Positions 62,258 through 64,000 of a stretch of DNA of 64,000 bases are shown here, in pieces. Every line of letters starts with the position of its first letter. The first letter of the stretch is position 1. The notes beneath the pieces are model-generated. The model was not told the DNA's origin and did not search any database. It saw only the letters and a program-made list of their open reading frames with translations. The DNA comes from Amphiscolops sp. MND2022 (lineage: Eukaryota): assembly GCA_964187785.1 (NCBI GenBank), contig OZ076409.1:71550001-71614000 (forward strand). Reading direction: 5' to 3'. A program made the position numbers and the translations under genes.

Positions 62258-63690
62258 GAGCTGAACTTATGCCTGATATATTAACTGATTTTTCATGTTT
62301 TTTCAGACTCCATTGCCCGAGTTGATAGCAGTCTAACTATGGTTTTGTGTATGAAATAGATGCCATACAAGCTGAAGTAAGTTTGTCCACCCACTTAATC
62401 GTCGCAACACTGAGTTGTAGTTCATGTTTTTATTGTTTGCAGGAACGTGCCATTCATCCACTTCAATTATGATTCCACGCGATTCCCACGACTCTTCAGA
62501 AATAAAACTGTAAAGAAAACTTATTGAACACGGTTGCCGTGTTCGTACGGGCTATCTTAACAATGTTGGTGGTACGTTTGACGTAATCAACCATTTTGTC
62601 CGTTTTCTCTTTTTGATTGACAGTTCAAATATTCTATGTCCCGCTTTTCTTCGTTTCCCGTTTGTCCATTTCTCAGCTTTTTATGATTTTCCAAAAAAAA
62701 ACAATTCTTGTAAAATAGACTGAACTTGCGCGGTCCTCTTGAGTAAGGTCCGAATTGCTTCGAAAATGATGTTTAGCTTATTTTGTTGTCATTACGTTTG
62801 ACGTAATGAATATACCTTGTTGCAGATAGAATGCGCGAGTGGCGTGGGCAGGCTTCCAAATGCCATGCGTTTGGAAGTCTGCCCATGCATCTTGTTTTCC
62901 CCTTCCTTAATCTTTTTGCGTCGAAAGATAATCTTCCTCCATCCTAAATCCGCAGTTTTTCAGATTTTTGAATCAAGATCACTTCTGTGAGCAGTCAGAA
63001 TGGAAAAAGCTCAAAACTTCGAGGTTAGAAGTATTTCCTACTTTTTGTTTTTGGATATGTTCATCACCAGTTACGACTGTTTGTCACCAGTTACCGCATT
63101 CAGGTTATGGAGTGACTGGTTTAATTTTGCACACGATTTTTGATGAACCATAGCCATTTCACTTTCGCTCGCTTGCCTGAGTTCCGTATTGAAACTTGAA
63201 ATTTACACACTTTTTCTCTCGCATCTGTTGATAAAGTGACTCTGGTTTTTCGGGAAAATTTTGATTGTTCTTTTTGAAGGATTTATTTTGATCTGAGATA
63301 GAATAATAAAAATTATCAAATTGCTGATTTGACATAGAATGCTCATGATGAAGTTACCCCTCCGAAACAGCCGCGGTCGACCAACAGTGATGTAGAAGAC
63401 CGAGATGTGAGTGTTTTACTACAGCTGTTTTATTTTAAATAAAAATTTGAGTGGAAATTTTACTCTAGATGATTTAGAACTTCGACTCGGAATTCAAGCG
63501 TGCATTAACTCATGCAGTGCGCGATAATGTCCGTGAATGCTTTTTGGAGATGCATGGTGGTTCAAAAAAAGATAATTTGCCAGTGGACGTTAACGTGGGA
63601 TCTTCTGAAAACAGCCATCCAGCAATTGTAAGAAAAATTAGATCACATAAGATGCTAACATATTTAACGATTTTCTATGTGGCCAAAATG

Positions 63691-63999
63691 TTATAGGACT
63701 TCCAAGATAGTCAAGGCTCTGCCACTTCCAGGGAGATACAGGTCGACCTGCACCAAGTAATCTCCCATGATTACCTGAGAAAATTCGCCAAGAAGAAGCC
63801 TTTCTTGAGAGGGCGAATTGTTGTGATAAAGCTCTTTGATAAAGCTCCTGTCATCTTTCAAAGACACGGGGCTCAGCGATACAAGTTCGAAGGACAATAC
63901 GACCGGCTTGTTGTAGTGGGCGACAGAAACTCTCACATGTGTTGTGTGATTATCTGTAAGTACGCTAGGGAGTCTAATAAGCTGTTCCAAGACTACACT
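63691..63999 (-). CDS. Possible 3' part of a convergent gene, unknown product
   Basis: Frame stays open from the window edge to the stop at 63691; protein-like composition, no recognisable motif. Confidence 0.25.
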   Translation of the reverse strand, partial: SVVLEQLIRLPSVLTDNHTTHVRVSVAHYNKPVVLSFELVSLSPVSLKDDRSFIKELYHNNSPSQERLLLGEFSQVIMGDYLVQVDLYLPGSGRALTILEVL

Positions 64000-64000
64000 T

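Larger units (their letters stand above)
51601..64000 (+). mobile_element. Putative autonomous Helitron-like rolling-circle element (right end not in window)
   Basis: Begins at a CTAG|GTG junction with the shared left-end stem-loop (51631-51660); 52061-52202 is homologous to family B; encodes a Rep-helicase ORF. Extent beyond ~62500 is unproven. Confidence 0.8.

Overview
Eukaryotic, AT-rich DNA; the organism cannot be identified from sequence alone. Bases 1-51600 are a gap-free head-to-tail array of 28 complete non-coding units plus a partial one at the window start. The units fall into six size/sequence families (my labels): A ~2.0 kb, A' ~4.77 kb, B ~1.97 kb, C ~1.29 kb, D ~1.07 kb, E 1.38 kb. 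All 29 junctions read CTAG|GTG. 26 of the 29 are preceded by the invariant 20-bp hairpin GGGCATGCC-GA-GGCATGCCC, and each unit has a covarying stem-loop about 40 nt after its start. The 29th junction (51597-51603) opens a coding element with a probably spliced SGNH/GDSL hydrolase gene and a 2526-aa ORF. That ORF carries Cys-rich regions, an HUH/Y2 Rep domain, a PIF1-like helicase and a C-terminal SLX1-like GIY-YIG domain, i.e. a Helitron-like RepHel. The 5' non-coding region of this element is homologous to the array units. Best reading (inference): an atypical Helitron-like rolling-circle system with a GTG rather than TC start, whose non-autonomous families and autonomous copy join at their own end-to-end junction and build a cassette array. 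The right end of the autonomous element is not in the window.
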